64,000 nt of DNA, taken from positions 27,342,001-27,406,000 of the forward strand of contig OZ024763.1 of assembly GCA_964016885.1 (NCBI GenBank). The letters run 5' to 3'. Below the pieces are notes generated by a model, which worked only from the letters and a program-made list of their open reading frames with translations, searched no databases and was not told the origin of the DNA. Positions 12,540 to 25,652 of this stretch are shown here, in pieces. The DNA is from Eledone cirrhosa (lineage: Eukaryota). The stretch's first letter is position 1; every line of letters starts with the position of its first letter. Position numbers and translations under genes: made by a program.

Positions 12540-13376
12540 CCCTTTAGCATTTAAACCAGCTGTATCTGGCCAGAATTCTCTCTCCACCTTCTGTTTAAAC
12601 CACCCATAACTGGCTACTTATACTGAAGTTAAGGTATTGTTCTCAAAATAAATATCAAAATCTCATAGATTCAATATTATGTGAGATAATTATGTAAGAT
12701 TTACCACAAAAATACAATGGTATATATAGAGTAATTTAAATATAACTGGCTACTCATACTGATGTTAAGGTATTGTTCTCAAAATAAATAACATCAAAAT
12801 GTCGTAGATTCAATATTATGTAAGATGTACCACAAAAATACAATAGTATATGTAGTAATTTAAATATAACTGGCCTATTCATACTGATGTTATGGTATTG
12901 TTCTCAAAATAAATAACATCAAAATGTCGTATATTCAATATTATGTAAGATGTACCACAAAAATACAATAGTATATGTAGTAATTTAAATATAACTGGCC
13001 TATTCATACTGATGTTATGGTATTGTTCTCAAAATAAATAACATCAAAATGTCGTAGATTCAATATTATGTAAGATGTACCACAAAAATACAATAGTATA
13101 TGTAGTAATTTAAATATAACTGGCCTATTCATACTGATGTTATGGTATTGTTCTCAAAATAAATAACATCAAAATGTCGTATATTCAATATTATGTAAGA
13201 TGTACCACAAAAATACAATAGTATATGTAGTAATTTAAATATAACTGGCCTATTCATACTGATGTTATGGTATTGTTCTCAAAATAAATAACATCAAAAT
13301 GTCGTAGATTCAATATTATGTAAGATGTACCACAAAAATACAATAGTGTATATAGAGTAATTTAAATGCTAAAGGG
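12540..13376. mobile_element. piggyBac-type MITE with internal 125-bp tandem expansion
   Basis: TTAA (12536-12539) CCCTTTAGCATTTAAA ... TTTAAATGCTAAAGGG TTAA (13377-13380); about 6 internal 125-bp units. Confidence 0.85.
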
Positions 13377-13689
13377 TTAAGCATCACATCCCATATCTTG
13401 TTGCAGCACATATCTTTAGCATCATATCCTGTTTTACTACATAAGTTAAGCATGATATCCTATCACTTTTACAGTGCCAACACACTTCTCCTCACCCTTC
13501 TCCTCACCCTTCTCTCAATTATTTCTATATTTCATCTGCCTGTCACCCACCTCACAGCTTTGCTTTTCTCTTTACCGATCGCGAGCCACTGATGTCTGTC
13601 CTTTGAGGTATTTTTACCTGACACAGTCATTGAAAGCATTTGGATGTTTTAATAGCTATTCTTGCATTGAGCTTTCTAATTTTTTCCTA

Positions 13690-13723
<34 letters not shown>

Positions 13724-13755
13724 CAATGTTTTTACGTTTGTTTTTCCACGCTTGG

Positions 13756-13786
<31 letters not shown>

Positions 13787-14229
13787 TAAAATAACAGATT
13801 AAAGTTTAAGCAAAGAATCGCTGCTTTCACCACCCTTAACGGGAACTTCTGAAACTAACAAAGTCCCGTTAAGGGTGAAAGCAGCGATTCTTTGCTTAAA
13901 CTTTAATCTGTTATTTTAATAAATATTTGCTCTACGGTTCTTATATATTTGATATATATTTATCCTTATCGAGCCCTCTTTGGATTTTAGTCTTCAAATT
14001 TATTATTATTACTATATATGTTATCTAACCTGAATGTATTTTCGTTGCTTTGGTGTTATGTGGCTAGGCCTGCCTACTGCAGTTTTCAATTTGTTTTGTC
14101 ACGCTATTTAACTTATGTTAATTACTCTAAGGTGATAACAGCCTTATTGAGTGTTTTGCTGCACAAACCTAATTGTATCTCGTTAGCTTGGCTACCGCCA
14201 AAACTTCAATTTTACTAAACTTCCATTTG

Positions 14230-14260
<31 letters not shown>

Positions 14261-14590
14261 ACAAACCTGGTATAAATATCTTTGTATATATATATATATA
14301 TTATAGTACAAACCTGGTATAAACATCTTTGTATATATATATATATATTATAGTACAAACCTGGTATAAATATCTTTGTATATATATATATATATATATA
14401 TAATAGTACAAACCTGGTATAAACATCTTTGTATATATATATATATATTATAGTACAAACCTGGTATAAATATCTTTGTATATATATATATATATATATT
14501 ATAGTACAAACCTGGTATAAATATCTAAGGGTTTACAGCACTCAGTCTGTGGGACGAGTTATGTATAATCAGTTACAACAGTTGCATTAC

Positions 14591-14638
14591 GTAGATACTT
14601 AAGTTTCGTTGGGTTTAATAGCAACTCATTCAGTCTAC
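14591..14638 (-). ncRNA. Minimal type I hammerhead ribozyme (Penelope-type pLTR remnant)
   Basis: Minus strand: GUAGA-CUGAAUGA-GUUG...CAAC-GAAA-CUUAAG-UA-UCUAC; palindromic stem III; core has a 1-nt insertion. A degenerate inverted copy lies at 14668-14715. Confidence 0.6.
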
Positions 14639-14759
14639 CATATTGTGTTGGACTTCTGTCACCATATGGTAGACTAAATGAGTTGGTGTTGAACCCAACA
14701 ACACTTCAGTGCCTGCCTAATGCCACAGTTGTGAACTGATTATGTATATATAAGGATGA

Positions 14760-15325
14760 TGTCAGCTCATCTGAGCTCCTGAAAAGACTGCTGATTGACG
14801 ACTTCAGGGATGTGCTTCACACAAGACACATGCGCTGGTATGGCCATGTTGAGCGCAGTGAGGGCTGAATCAGCAAAGTGATGAATGTCGATCTAGTAGG
14901 CAGCAGAGGGCCCAGGAAGAGGCTGGTATGGCCATGTTGAGCGCAGTGATGAATGTCGATCTAGTAGGCAGCAGAGAGCCCAGGAAGAAGCTGGTATGAC
15001 CATGTTGAGCGCAGTGAGGGCTGGATCAGCAAAGTGATGAATGTCGATCTAGTAGGCAGCAGAGGGCCCAGGAAGAAGCTGGTATGGCCATGTTGAGCGC
15101 AGTGATGAATGTTGATCTAGTAGGCAGCAGAGGCCCAGGAAGACCAAAAAGGACTTGGATGGAGGATGTCTGTCGGGATTAAGCTAGGCTTGGCCTGGCC
15201 CAAGTGATACCAGCGGACAGAAACACATGGAGCAGGATGTTAAGGAGCGCTGTTAGGCAGGACCCACCCCTACTTAGTGATTAACTGTGATCTGCATAAT
15301 CAAAAACTGGATGATGATGATGATA
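14760..15325 (+). mobile_element. RTE-clade LINE 3' fragment with internal duplications
   Basis: ..RHMRWYGHVERSEG..GSRG..RPKRTW.. and a (TGA)n tail. Confidence 0.7.
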
Positions 15326-15713
15326 TATTTCTTTTGATTTATTTTCATGTGTAACTTTGCTATTTATTACGTCTGCATTGCTATGCACTTTGTCTTTGAT
15401 CAACTAATTGTTTACTAACCAGCATGACAACTCTCATCTCTCACTTACCCTCCTCTTTTTTTTATGAAAGTCTATTATATTTCCCTCCTTTCGGTGTTAC
15501 CATTTGCACAACTTCTCTGCACCATATCACGTCCTGTTTTCCTAGTCAAAAGACACTCATTTGTTCTAAGCCACCGAGCACCCTTGGCTCAGTGTTATAG
15601 AAGCCAACCTTATGCACAAAATTGTTTTGATTAGGGGCTGGTTGATGAGGAAGTTAAATGCTTTTGTTCATTTGTCCTGTTTTTTATATGTATTTTTTTT
15701 TTGTGTGCAACTT

Positions 15714-15751
<38 letters not shown>

Positions 15752-16429
15752 GCAATAACAGGACTGAGACCTACGCAGTTATACAGAAGACCTGACTTCC
15801 CATGGGTACAAGTTGAAGCGTATATAGACAGTATGCTCCCACTGTAAAGTGGTCGTGTAGGTGTCACAACAAAAAAGCACCTAGTCCACACTGTAAAGTG
15901 GCCGTGTAGGCGCTACGGTAAAAAAGCACCCAGTACTCACTGTAAATGAGGTTGGTATTAGGAAGGGCATCCAGCTGTAGAAACCAAGCCAAAATCAGTT
16001 CTGTATGAGCAAGACTTGGTCACCTGACCTAGTGTTGCCCACAACAGGACAGCTCGTCTAACCCATGCTAGCGTGGAAGAAAGGATGTAAAATGGTGATA
16101 TATAGGGAAGTCTTGTACTCTGAATTGCTTAAGGACATGGAAATTTGGCCTTATTAGACTCCGGGCTCAAGACAGACATAAACCCTGTGATGGACTGGCG
16201 TCCAGTTCAGAGGGGTGTATTGTACTCTCAGTTGCTTAACGACACAGAAACTGGTATTAGCACCTGTCTGACAAGCCCCTTCCGGGCTCAAGACAGACTT
16301 TAGACTTTTTAAACAAATTTGCAGAAGAAAGGGGAATAGGCAGCAAAGCCTGAGAAATGTAACTAGATTAAGATTTTAGGGTATATTTTTTTTTACCTAT
16401 AACCCTATAACAGTAAGCTGTCAAAACAA

Positions 16430-17070
16430 TCTGAGATCTACATGTTAGGATATGGATGTTTTCAAGAGACATCTGGACATTCTACTGACCAAGATCCCAA
16501 ATTAATCCATAGCACGTGGAGAAGCACAAATAAGAGCAGCAGCAGCAGCAAACTCTCTTTTGCAGTCATTGGCCAGCCAGGGAAGGCTGGTTGTAGAAAG
16601 TGGCATCAATGGTGGTGCCCCAGCCAGTCGGATGGAACACGAAATAGAGTGTATAGAATCATCATCATCGTTTAACGTCCATCTTCCACGCTTGCATGGG
16701 TTTGGACGGGAGTTTTCCCACTTGAGGCAAGAGTGGTTGTCTTGCTCTCATAGGACTGTCTGGCGGGTTTTCTACGGCTGGTATATATCTAATATATTAT
16801 GATATATATTAGGTATTTAAAATATATATCTAAGAGATCTACATGGTGTGTATATATGTTTTTTTCAAGAGACATCTCGACATTCTTCTGACTAAGATCC
16901 CGGATGAACTCACAGAACGAGATGGAGCACAAACAAGAACAGCAACAACAAACTCCCTTTTACAGTCAATGGCCAACCAGGGAAGGCTGGCTATAGAAAG
17001 TGTAGCATCGGTGGCGGTGCTCCAGCATGGCCTCAGTCTCTCAGTTGGAACACATAATTGAGTAATAAAA
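16430..17070 (+). mobile_element. Two CR1/L2-like LINE 3'-end fragments
   Basis: FKRHLDILLTKIPDE...TATTNSLLQ motif present twice (16430-16625, 16835-17060). Confidence 0.6.
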
Positions 17071-17649
17071 TAGAGCAGTGGGTTCCGAGGATCCCAAAGG
17101 TTCCGCAAAGGAATGTCTAGGGTTCTGTGGAAAAAGGTAGAGGAGTATATTTATATTTTGAACTCAGAACACAGAACGTAATTATTGTACAGTGCTCAGG
17201 TGCACTACAACTGATCAAAGGTGCATGTATAGTATATAAAATAATTGTTTCTACTTTTGGCACAAGGCCAGCAATTATCCCAGTGCATTACTGGTACTTT
17301 ATTTTATCGACCCCTTAAGGATCGATATATATATATAATTGTTTCTACTTTTGGCACAAGGCCAGCAGTTATCCCAGTGCATTACTGGTACTTTATTTTA
17401 TCGACCCCATAAGGATGAAAGGCAAAGTTAACCTCAGCGGGATTTGAACTCGAATAATGTACAAAAGTCAGGAAAGTGAACAGTATGAGTTATGATATAC
17501 ACACAGATATATGCATGTGTATGGAGGGGGAATATCAGGTGTAGCGTTGGCGAAATTCAGGAAGCAGGGAAGTTTTGAATGCCTCTAGATCAGCTATGTT
17601 GACTATTATGACCATATAACAAAATTGATGGAAGTTACGGAGTAACTTA

Positions 17650-17870
17650 TTAATTTAACGCTCTTGAGAGTGGGGTGGTGGTGGGGAACGACGTTTCGGG
17701 CATAAGCCCTTCTTCAGGTGAAAAGTGTGTGGGAAGAGAGTTCAAAGGGTGTGTAGGGGAGTGGTGGAGAGACATATAGCGAAAAGGAGGGTGGGAGGAA
17801 ACGGTGCGAATGAAATTAAAAATAAAAGCATGATCAAAATAAAATTAAAATGGGGTAAAACAGGTGGTGG
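17650..17870 (-). mobile_element. Penelope-type pLTR fragment with minimal hammerhead (near-identical to 32530-32750 on +)
   Basis: CUGAAGA-A-GGGCUUAUGCCC-GAAA-CG-UC on the minus strand at ~17690-17717. Confidence 0.6.
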
Positions 17871-18619
17871 AAGGGACAATTTGATAAATTCCTGGGACAA
17901 ACCTGGGACAATTTGATAAATTCCGACCTTACACACTTGCACCTCTCTAAGATGTCACTGGACCGAGATCTTTGGCGCGATGCAGTAATACAGAAGACCC
18001 GCCTTGCCTATGTACAAAGCGAAAACTACAGTCAGTAGGCACCTCTTAACCAAATATACACCCCAATCCACTACCCCATCCTCCAAACTAATGAGGTCAT
18101 GTAGGCGTCACAACAAAAAAACAGTCCATGCTGTAATGTGGCCATGTAGGTAACATGGTAAAAAGCTCCCAGTCCACACTGTAAATGTGGTTGGTGTTAG
18201 GAAGGGCATCCTGCCATAGAAAACCTGCCAGACACATTCACCTGACCAATTTTGCCTCAAGTGGGACAACTCGCGTCTAACCCATGCTAGCGTGGAAGAT
18301 AGACATTAAACGATGATGATGATGATGATAACAGTATTAGACTTTGGGGTTCCCCCCTTGAAAAAGTTTCTGAACCAAAAAGGGTTCTGTGTTTGAAAGA
18401 GTTTAGGAAACCCTGGAATAGAATAACCATGAAATAAAACAAAACAAAAAAGTATCTTCAAGTGAAACCAACAAATAAACAAGATACTCATCTCATAAAT
18501 TTAATTCCAATGATGGCCCTTGATGTTGTTATATGTAGGGATCGGAAGAATTGTAGTCGTTAGAAATAATTTGAAGTAATTCAATGATATTTGGGGAGAA
18601 AAAAAAGAAAGATTCTTTT

Positions 18620-21600
18620 GTTTTTTTGTTTGTAGGGTTTGTTTTGTTTTTCCTTTTTTTTGTTTGTAGGGTGTGTTTTGTTTTTTCTTTTTTTTGTTTG
18701 TAGGGTGTGTTTTGTTTGTAGGGTGTGTGTTTTGTTTTCTTTTTTTGTTTGTAGGGTGTCTGTTTTGTTTTTCCTTTTTTTTTTGTAGGGTGTGTGTTTA
18801 GTTTTCCTTTTTTTTGTTTGTAGGGTGTGTTTTGTTTTCCTTTTTTTGTTTGTAGGGTGTGTGTGTTTTGTTTTTCCTTTTTTTTGTTTGTAGGGTGTGT
18901 GTGTTTTGTTTTTCCTTTTTTTGTTTGTAGGGTGTGTGTGTTTTGTTTTTCCTTTTTGTTTGTTTGTAGGGTGTCTGTTTTGTTTTTCCTTTTTTTTGTT
19001 TGTAGGGTGTGTGTTTTGTTTTTCCTTTTTTTTGTTTGTAGGGTGTGTGTGTTTTGTTTTTCCTTTTTTTTGTTTGTAGGGTGTGTGTGTTTTGTTTTTC
19101 CTTTTTTTTGTTTGTAGGGTGTGTGTGTTTTGTTTTTCCTTTTTTTTTTTGTTTGTAGGGTGTTTTGTTTTCTTTTTTTGTTTGTAGGGTGTGTGTGTTT
19201 TGTTTTTCCTTTTTTTTTGTTTGTAGGGTGTGTGTGTTTTGTTTTCCTTTTTTTTTGTTTGTAGGGTGTGTGTGTTTTGTTTTCCTTTTTTTGTTTGTAG
19301 GGTGTGTGTGTTTTGTTTTCCTTTTTTTTTGTTTGTAGGGTGTGTGTGTTTTGTTTTCCTTTTTTTGTTTGTAGGGTGTGTGTTTTGTTTTTCCTTTTTT
19401 TTGTTTGTAGGGTGTGTGTTTTGTTTTTCCTTTTTTTTGTTTGTAGGGTGTCTGTTTTGTTTTTCCTTTTTTTTGTTTGTAGGGTGTGTGTTTTGTTTTT
19501 CCTTTTTTTTGTTTGTAGGGTGTGTGTTTTGTTTTTCCTTTTTTTTGTTTGTAGGGTGTGTGTGTTTTGTTTTCCTTTTTTTTTGTTTGTAGGGTGTGTG
19601 TGTTTTGTTTTCCTTTTTTTTGTTTGTAGGGTGTGTGTGTTTTGTTTTCCTTTTTTTTTGTTTGTAGGGTGTGTGTGTTTTGTTTTCCTTTTTTTGTTTG
19701 TAGGGTGTGTGTGTTTTGTTTTTCCTTTTTGTTTGTTTGTAGGGTGTCTGTTTTGTTTTTCCTTTTTTTTGTTTGTAGGGTGTGTGTTTTGTTTTTCCTT
19801 TTTTTTGTTTGTAGGGTGTGTGTGTTTTGTTTTCCTTTTTTTTTGTTTGTAGGGTGTGTGTGTTTTGTTTTCCTTTTTTTGTTTGTAGGGTGTGTGTGTT
19901 TTGTTTTCCTTTTTTTGTTTGTAGGGTGTGTGTGTTTTGTTTTTACTTTTTTTGTTTGTAGGGTGTGTGTGTTTTGTTTTCTTTTTTTGTTTGTAGGGTG
20001 TCTGTTTTGTTTTTCCTTTTTTTTTGTTTGTAGGGTGTGTGTGTTTTGTTTTCCTTTTTTTTTGTTTGTAGGGTGTGTGTGTTTTGTTTTCCTTTTTTTG
20101 TTTGTAGGGTGTGTGTGTTTTGTTTTTACTTTTTTTGTTTGTAGGGTGTGTGTGTTTTGTTTTCTTTTTTTGTTTGTAGGGTGTCTGTTTTGTTTTTCCT
20201 TTTTTTTTGTTTGTAGGGTGTGTGTGTTTTGTTTTCCTTTTTTTGTTTGTAGGGTGTGTGTTTTGTTTTTCCTTTTTTTTGTTTGTAGGGTGTGTGTTTT
20301 GTTTTTCCTTTTTTTTGTTTGTAGGGTGTCTGTTTTGTTTTTCCTTTTTTTTGTTTGTAGGGTGTGTGTTTTGTTTTTCCTTTTTTTTGTTTGTAGGGTG
20401 TGTGTTTTGTTTTTCCTTTTTTTTGTTTGTAGGGTGTGTGTGTTTTGTTTTCCTTTTTTTTTGTTTGTAGGGTGTGTGTGTTTTGTTTTCCTTTTTTTTG
20501 TTTGTAGGGTGTGTGTGTTTTGTTTTCCTTTTTTTTTGTTTGTAGGGTGTGTGTGTTTTGTTTTCCTTTTTTTGTTTGTAGGGTGTGTGTGTTTTGTTTT
20601 TCCTTTTTGTTTGTTTGTAGGGTGTCTGTTTTGTTTTTCCTTTTTTTTGTTTGTAGGGTGTGTGTTTTGTTTTTCCTTTTTTTTGTTTGTAGGGTGTGTG
20701 TGTTTTGTTTTCCTTTTTTTTTGTTTGTAGGGTGTGTGTGTTTTGTTTTCCTTTTTTTGTTTGTAGGGTGTGTGTGTTTTGTTTTCCTTTTTTTGTTTGT
20801 AGGGTGTGTGTGTTTTGTTTTTACTTTTTTTGTTTGTAGGGTGTGTGTGTTTTGTTTTCTTTTTTTGTTTGTAGGGTGTCTGTTTTGTTTTTCCTTTTTT
20901 TTTGTTTGTAGGGTGTGTGTGTTTTGTTTTCCTTTTTTTTTGTTTGTAGGGTGTGTGTGTTTTGTTTTCCTTTTTTTGTTTGTAGGGTGTGTGTGTTTTG
21001 TTTTTACTTTTTTTGTTTGTAGGGTGTGTGTGTTTTGTTTTCTTTTTTTGTTTGTAGGGTGTCTGTTTTGTTTTTCCTTTTTTTTTGTTTGTAGGGTGTG
21101 TGTGTTTTGTTTTCCTTTTTTTGTTTGTAGGGTGTGTGTGTTTTGTTTTCCTTTTTTTTTGTTTGTAGGGTGTGTGTGTTTTGTTTTCCTTTTTTTGTTT
21201 GTAGGGTGTGTGTGTTTTGTTTTCTTTTTTTGTTTGTAGGGTGTCTGTTTTGTTTTTCCTTTTTTTTTGTTTGTAGGGTGTGTGTGTTTTGTTTTCCTTT
21301 TTTTTTTTGTTTGTAGGGTGTGTGTGTTTTGTTTTCCTTTTTTTTGTTTGTAGGGTGTGTGTGTTTTGTTTTCCTTTTTTTGTTTGTAGGGTGTGTGTTT
21401 TGTTTTTCTTTTTTTTGTTTGTAGGGTGTGTTTTGTTTTTCCTTTTTTTTGTTTGTAGGGTGTGTGTGTGTTTTGTTTTTCTTTTTTTGTTTGTAGGGTG
21501 TGTGTTTTGTTTTCCTTTTTTTTGGTTTGTAGGGTGTGTGTGTTTTGTTTTTCCTTTTTTTCGTTTGTAGGGTGTGTGTTTTGTTTTTCTTTTTTTGTTT

Positions 21601-24600
21601 GTAGGGTGTGTGTGTTTTGTTTTCCTTTTTTTTTGTTTGTAGGGTGTGTGTGTTTTGTTTTTCCTTTTTTTTGTTTGTAGGGTGTGTGTGTGTTTTGTTT
21701 TTCTTTTTTTTGTTTGTAGGGTGTGTGTGTTTTGTTTTCCTTTTTTTTTGTTTGTAGGGTGTGTGTGTTTTGTTTTTCCTTTTTTTTGTTTGTAGGGTGT
21801 GTGTGTTTTGTTTTCCTTTTTTTTGTTTGTAGGGTGTGTGTGTTTTGTTTTCCTTTTTTTTGTTTGTAGGGTGTGTGTTTTGTTTTCCTTTTTTTGTTTG
21901 TAGGGTGTGTGTGTTTTGTTTTCCTTTTTTTTTGTTTGTAGGGTGTGTGTTTTGTTTTTCCTTTTTTTTGTTTGTAGGGTGTGTGTGTTTTGTTTTCCTT
22001 TTTTTTTGTTTGTAGGGTGTGTGTTTTGTTTTCCTTTTTTTTTGTTTGTAGGGTGTGTGTGTTTTGTTTTTCCTTTTTTTCGTTTGTAGGGTGTGTGTGT
22101 TTTGTTTTCCTTTTTTTTTTGTTTGTAGGGTGTGTGTGTTTTGTTTTTCCTTTTTTTTGTTTGTAGGGTGTGTGTGTTTTGTTTTCCTTTTTTTTGTTTG
22201 TAGGGTGTGTGTGTTTTGTTTTCCTTTTTTTTGTTTGTAGGGTGTGTGTGTTTTGTTTTCCTTTTTTTGTTTGTAGGGTGTGTGTTTTGTTTTCCTTTTT
22301 TTTTGTTTGTAGGGTGTGTGTGTTTTGTTTTTCCTTTTTTTTGTTTGTAGGGTGTGTGTGTTTTGTTTTTCCTTTTTTTCGTTTGTAGGGTGTGTGTGTT
22401 TTGTTTTTCCTTTTTTTGTTTGTAGGGTGTGTGTTTTGTTTTTCCTTTTTTTTGTTTGTAGGGTGTCTGTTTTGTTTTTCCTTTTTTTTGTTTGTAGGGT
22501 GTGTGTTTTGTTTTTCCTTTTTTTTGTTTGTAGGGTGTGTGTTTTGTTTTTCCTTTTTTTTGTTTGTAGGGTGTGTGTGTTTTGTTTTCCTTTTTTTTTG
22601 TTTGTAGGGTGTGTGTGTTTTGTTTTCCTTTTTTTTGTTTGTAGGGTGTGTGTGTTTTGTTTTCCTTTTTTTTTGTTTGTAGGGTGTGTGTGTTTTGTTT
22701 TCCTTTTTTTGTTTGTAGGGTGTGTGTGTTTTGTTTTTCCTTTTTGTTTGTTTGTAGGGTGTCTGTTTTGTTTTTCCTTTTTTTTGTTTGTAGGGTGTGT
22801 GTTTTGTTTTTCCTTTTTTTTGTTTGTAGGGTGTGTGTGTTTTGTTTTCCTTTTTTTTTGTTTGTAGGGTGTGTGTGTTTTGTTTTCCTTTTTTTGTTTG
22901 TAGGGTGTGTGTGTTTTGTTTTCCTTTTTTTGTTTGTAGGGTGTGTGTGTTTTGTTTTTACTTTTTTTGTTTGTAGGGTGTGTGTGTTTTGTTTTCTTTT
23001 TTTGTTTGTAGGGTGTCTGTTTTGTTTTTCCTTTTTTTTTGTTTGTAGGGTGTGTGTGTTTTGTTTTCCTTTTTTTTTGTTTGTAGGGTGTGTGTGTTTT
23101 GTTTTCCTTTTTTTGTTTGTAGGGTGTGTGTGTTTTGTTTTTACTTTTTTTGTTTGTAGGGTGTGTGTGTTTTGTTTTCTTTTTTTGTTTGTAGGGTGTC
23201 TGTTTTGTTTTTCCTTTTTTTTTGTTTGTAGGGTGTGTGTGTTTTGTTTTCCTTTTTTTGTTTGTAGGGTGTGTGTGTTTTGTTTTCCTTTTTTTTTGTT
23301 TGTAGGGTGTGTGTGTTTTGTTTTCCTTTTTTTGTTTGTAGGGTGTGTGTGTTTTGTTTTCTTTTTTTGTTTGTAGGGTGTCTGTTTTGTTTTTCCTTTT
23401 TTTTTGTTTGTAGGGTGTGTGTGTTTTGTTTTCCTTTTTTTTTTTGTTTGTAGGGTGTGTGTGTTTTGTTTTCCTTTTTTTTGTTTGTAGGGTGTGTGTG
23501 TTTTGTTTTCCTTTTTTTGTTTGTAGGGTGTGTGTTTTGTTTTTCTTTTTTTTGTTTGTAGGGTGTGTTTTGTTTTTCCTTTTTTTTGTTTGTAGGGTGT
23601 GTGTGTGTTTTGTTTTTCTTTTTTTGTTTGTAGGGTGTGTGTTTTGTTTTCCTTTTTTTTGGTTTGTAGGGTGTGTGTGTTTTGTTTTTCCTTTTTTTCG
23701 TTTGTAGGGTGTGTGTTTTGTTTTTCTTTTTTTGTTTGTAGGGTGTGTGTGTTTTGTTTTCCTTTTTTTTTGTTTGTAGGGTGTGTGTGTTTTGTTTTTC
23801 CTTTTTTTTGTTTGTAGGGTGTGTGTGTGTTTTGTTTTTCTTTTTTTTGTTTGTAGGGTGTGTGTGTTTTGTTTTCCTTTTTTTTTGTTTGTAGGGTGTG
23901 TGTGTTTTGTTTTTCCTTTTTTTTGTTTGTAGGGTGTGTGTGTTTTGTTTTCCTTTTTTTTGTTTGTAGGGTGTGTGTGTTTTGTTTTCCTTTTTTTTGT
24001 TTGTAGGGTGTGTGTTTTGTTTTCCTTTTTTTGTTTGTAGGGTGTGTGTGTTTTGTTTTCCTTTTTTTTTGTTTGTAGGGTGTGTGTTTTGTTTTTCCTT
24101 TTTTTTGTTTGTAGGGTGTGTGTGTTTTGTTTTCCTTTTTTTTTGTTTGTAGGGTGTGTGTTTTGTTTTCCTTTTTTTTTGTTTGTAGGGTGTGTGTGTT
24201 TTGTTTTTCCTTTTTTTCGTTTGTAGGGTGTGTGTGTTTTGTTTTCCTTTTTTTTTTGTTTGTAGGGTGTGTGTGTTTTGTTTTTCCTTTTTTTTGTTTG
24301 TAGGGTGTGTGTGTTTTGTTTTCCTTTTTTTTGTTTGTAGGGTGTGTGTGTTTTGTTTTCCTTTTTTTTGTTTGTAGGGTGTGTGTGTTTTGTTTTCCTT
24401 TTTTTGTTTGTAGGGTGTGTGTTTTGTTTTCCTTTTTTTTTGTTTGTAGGGTGTGTGTGTTTTGTTTTTCCTTTTTTTTGTTTGTAGGGTGTGTGTGTTT
24501 TGTTTTTCCTTTTTTTCGTTTGTAGGGTGTGTGTGTTTTGTTTTTCCTTTTTTTGTTTGTAGGGTGTGTGTGTTTTGTTTTTCCTTTTTTTTTGTTTGTA

Positions 24601-24645
24601 GGGTGTGTGTTAGTGTTTTTTTTTCTTTTTTTTTTTTTCTTTCTT
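18620..24645. repeat. ~6 kb satellite of ~37-bp T/G-rich units (~160 copies)
   Basis: Unit ttgtttgtagggtgtgtgtgttttgtttttccttttt with variable T and GT runs; higher-order duplications at offsets 878 and 2137 are visible in the ORF track. Confidence 0.97.
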
Positions 24646-24665
24646 TTTGTGTGTGAGTGAAATAT

Positions 24666-24916
24666 TTAGGTCTCAGAGCGCTTCATCTTTTTAACTTTGG
24701 GTTTCTTCTGTGCACTTCTGGGGCCTGTCAGCTTGGCTGCTTTATGTTGCTGCATTAGTTGAGCCCAGTCGTAGCCAAAGTTTACCATCGGGTGACTTGT
24801 CACACTCGGCAGGTGATGTATGCTGGATGACTGGTGAGGTGACAGGTCAATATCCCCAGGGGATGGGTCATGGAACAAACGGTTAGTTTTCTCACGAATA
24901 TCAGGAAGATGTAATT
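24666..24916 (-). CDS. Terminal exon of a candidate uncharacterised ~141-aa basic protein
   Basis: AAG acceptor at 24919-24917 completes a Glu codon; (E)LHLPDIREKTNRLFHDPSPGD...KKPKVKKMKRSET-TAA; unique, non-repetitive sequence. The acceptor context is A-rich and atypical. Confidence 0.6.
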
Positions 24917-25134
24917 CTTTTTGGTATCATTGTTGTTGTTGTTTTTTAATTGGAATTTAAAAAAAAAAATAGAAATAGAAATATAGATAAAATATAATTT
25001 AAATACATAGGTGGCAATTTTATGGGAGGGATATGTTGATTACATTGACCTCAATATATAACTGGTACTTTATTTATCTTTAAAACGATCATTGATACCC
25101 TAGAGTCCAGAATAGAAATAGTTATATATATAAT

Positions 25135-25320
25135 TGTTTCTACTTTAGGCACAAGGCCAGCAATTACCCAGTGCATTACTGGTACTTTATTTTATCGACC
25201 CCGTAAGGATGAAAGGCAAAGTCAACCTCGGCGGGATTTGAACTCAGATCGTAAAGGGACGTAACTATGCTGGAAAGCATGGCGTCCAACCCTCTACCGA
25301 TACTGCCAATCCACCGCCCT
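25135..25320 (-). mobile_element. Full-length tRNA-derived SINE with 17-bp TSD
   Basis: ATAGTTATATATATAAT at 25118-25134 and 25321-25337. Confidence 0.92.
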
Positions 25321-25431
25321 ATAGTTATATATATAATATTTATAATTCAAACATGGATGGTGATTTAGTGGGGAGGAATTTGTTGATTACATTGACCCTA
25401 ATATATAACTGGTACTATATTTATCTTTTAA

Positions 25432-25652
25432 CCCTTTAGCATTTACATTACTCTATATATATACTATTGTATTTTTGTTGTAAAGGCTTTATCTTATGTA
25501 ATTATCTCACATAATATCGAATCTGAGATTTTGATGATATTTATTTTGAGAACAATACCTTAACATCAGTATGAGTGGCCAGTTATAGCTGGTTTGAACA
25601 GAAAGAGGTGAGAGAGTTCTGGCCGGATACAGCCGGTTTAAATGCTAAAGGG
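25432..25652. mobile_element. piggyBac-type MITE (others at 10481-10673 and 26850-27280)
   Basis: TTAA-CCCTTTAGCATTTA ... TAAATGCTAAAGGG-TTAA; an adjacent paralogous repeat at ~25072-25090 shows the empty site. Confidence 0.88.

Noticed and set aside
18827-24656. Many F/V/C-rich ORFs up to 365 aa
   Set aside because: Translations of the stop-poor 37-bp satellite; unit length varies and shifts frame.
25135-25320. tRNA genes suggested by A/B boxes
   Set aside because: The boxes belong to SINE heads with extended bodies and TSDs; no complete cloverleaf.
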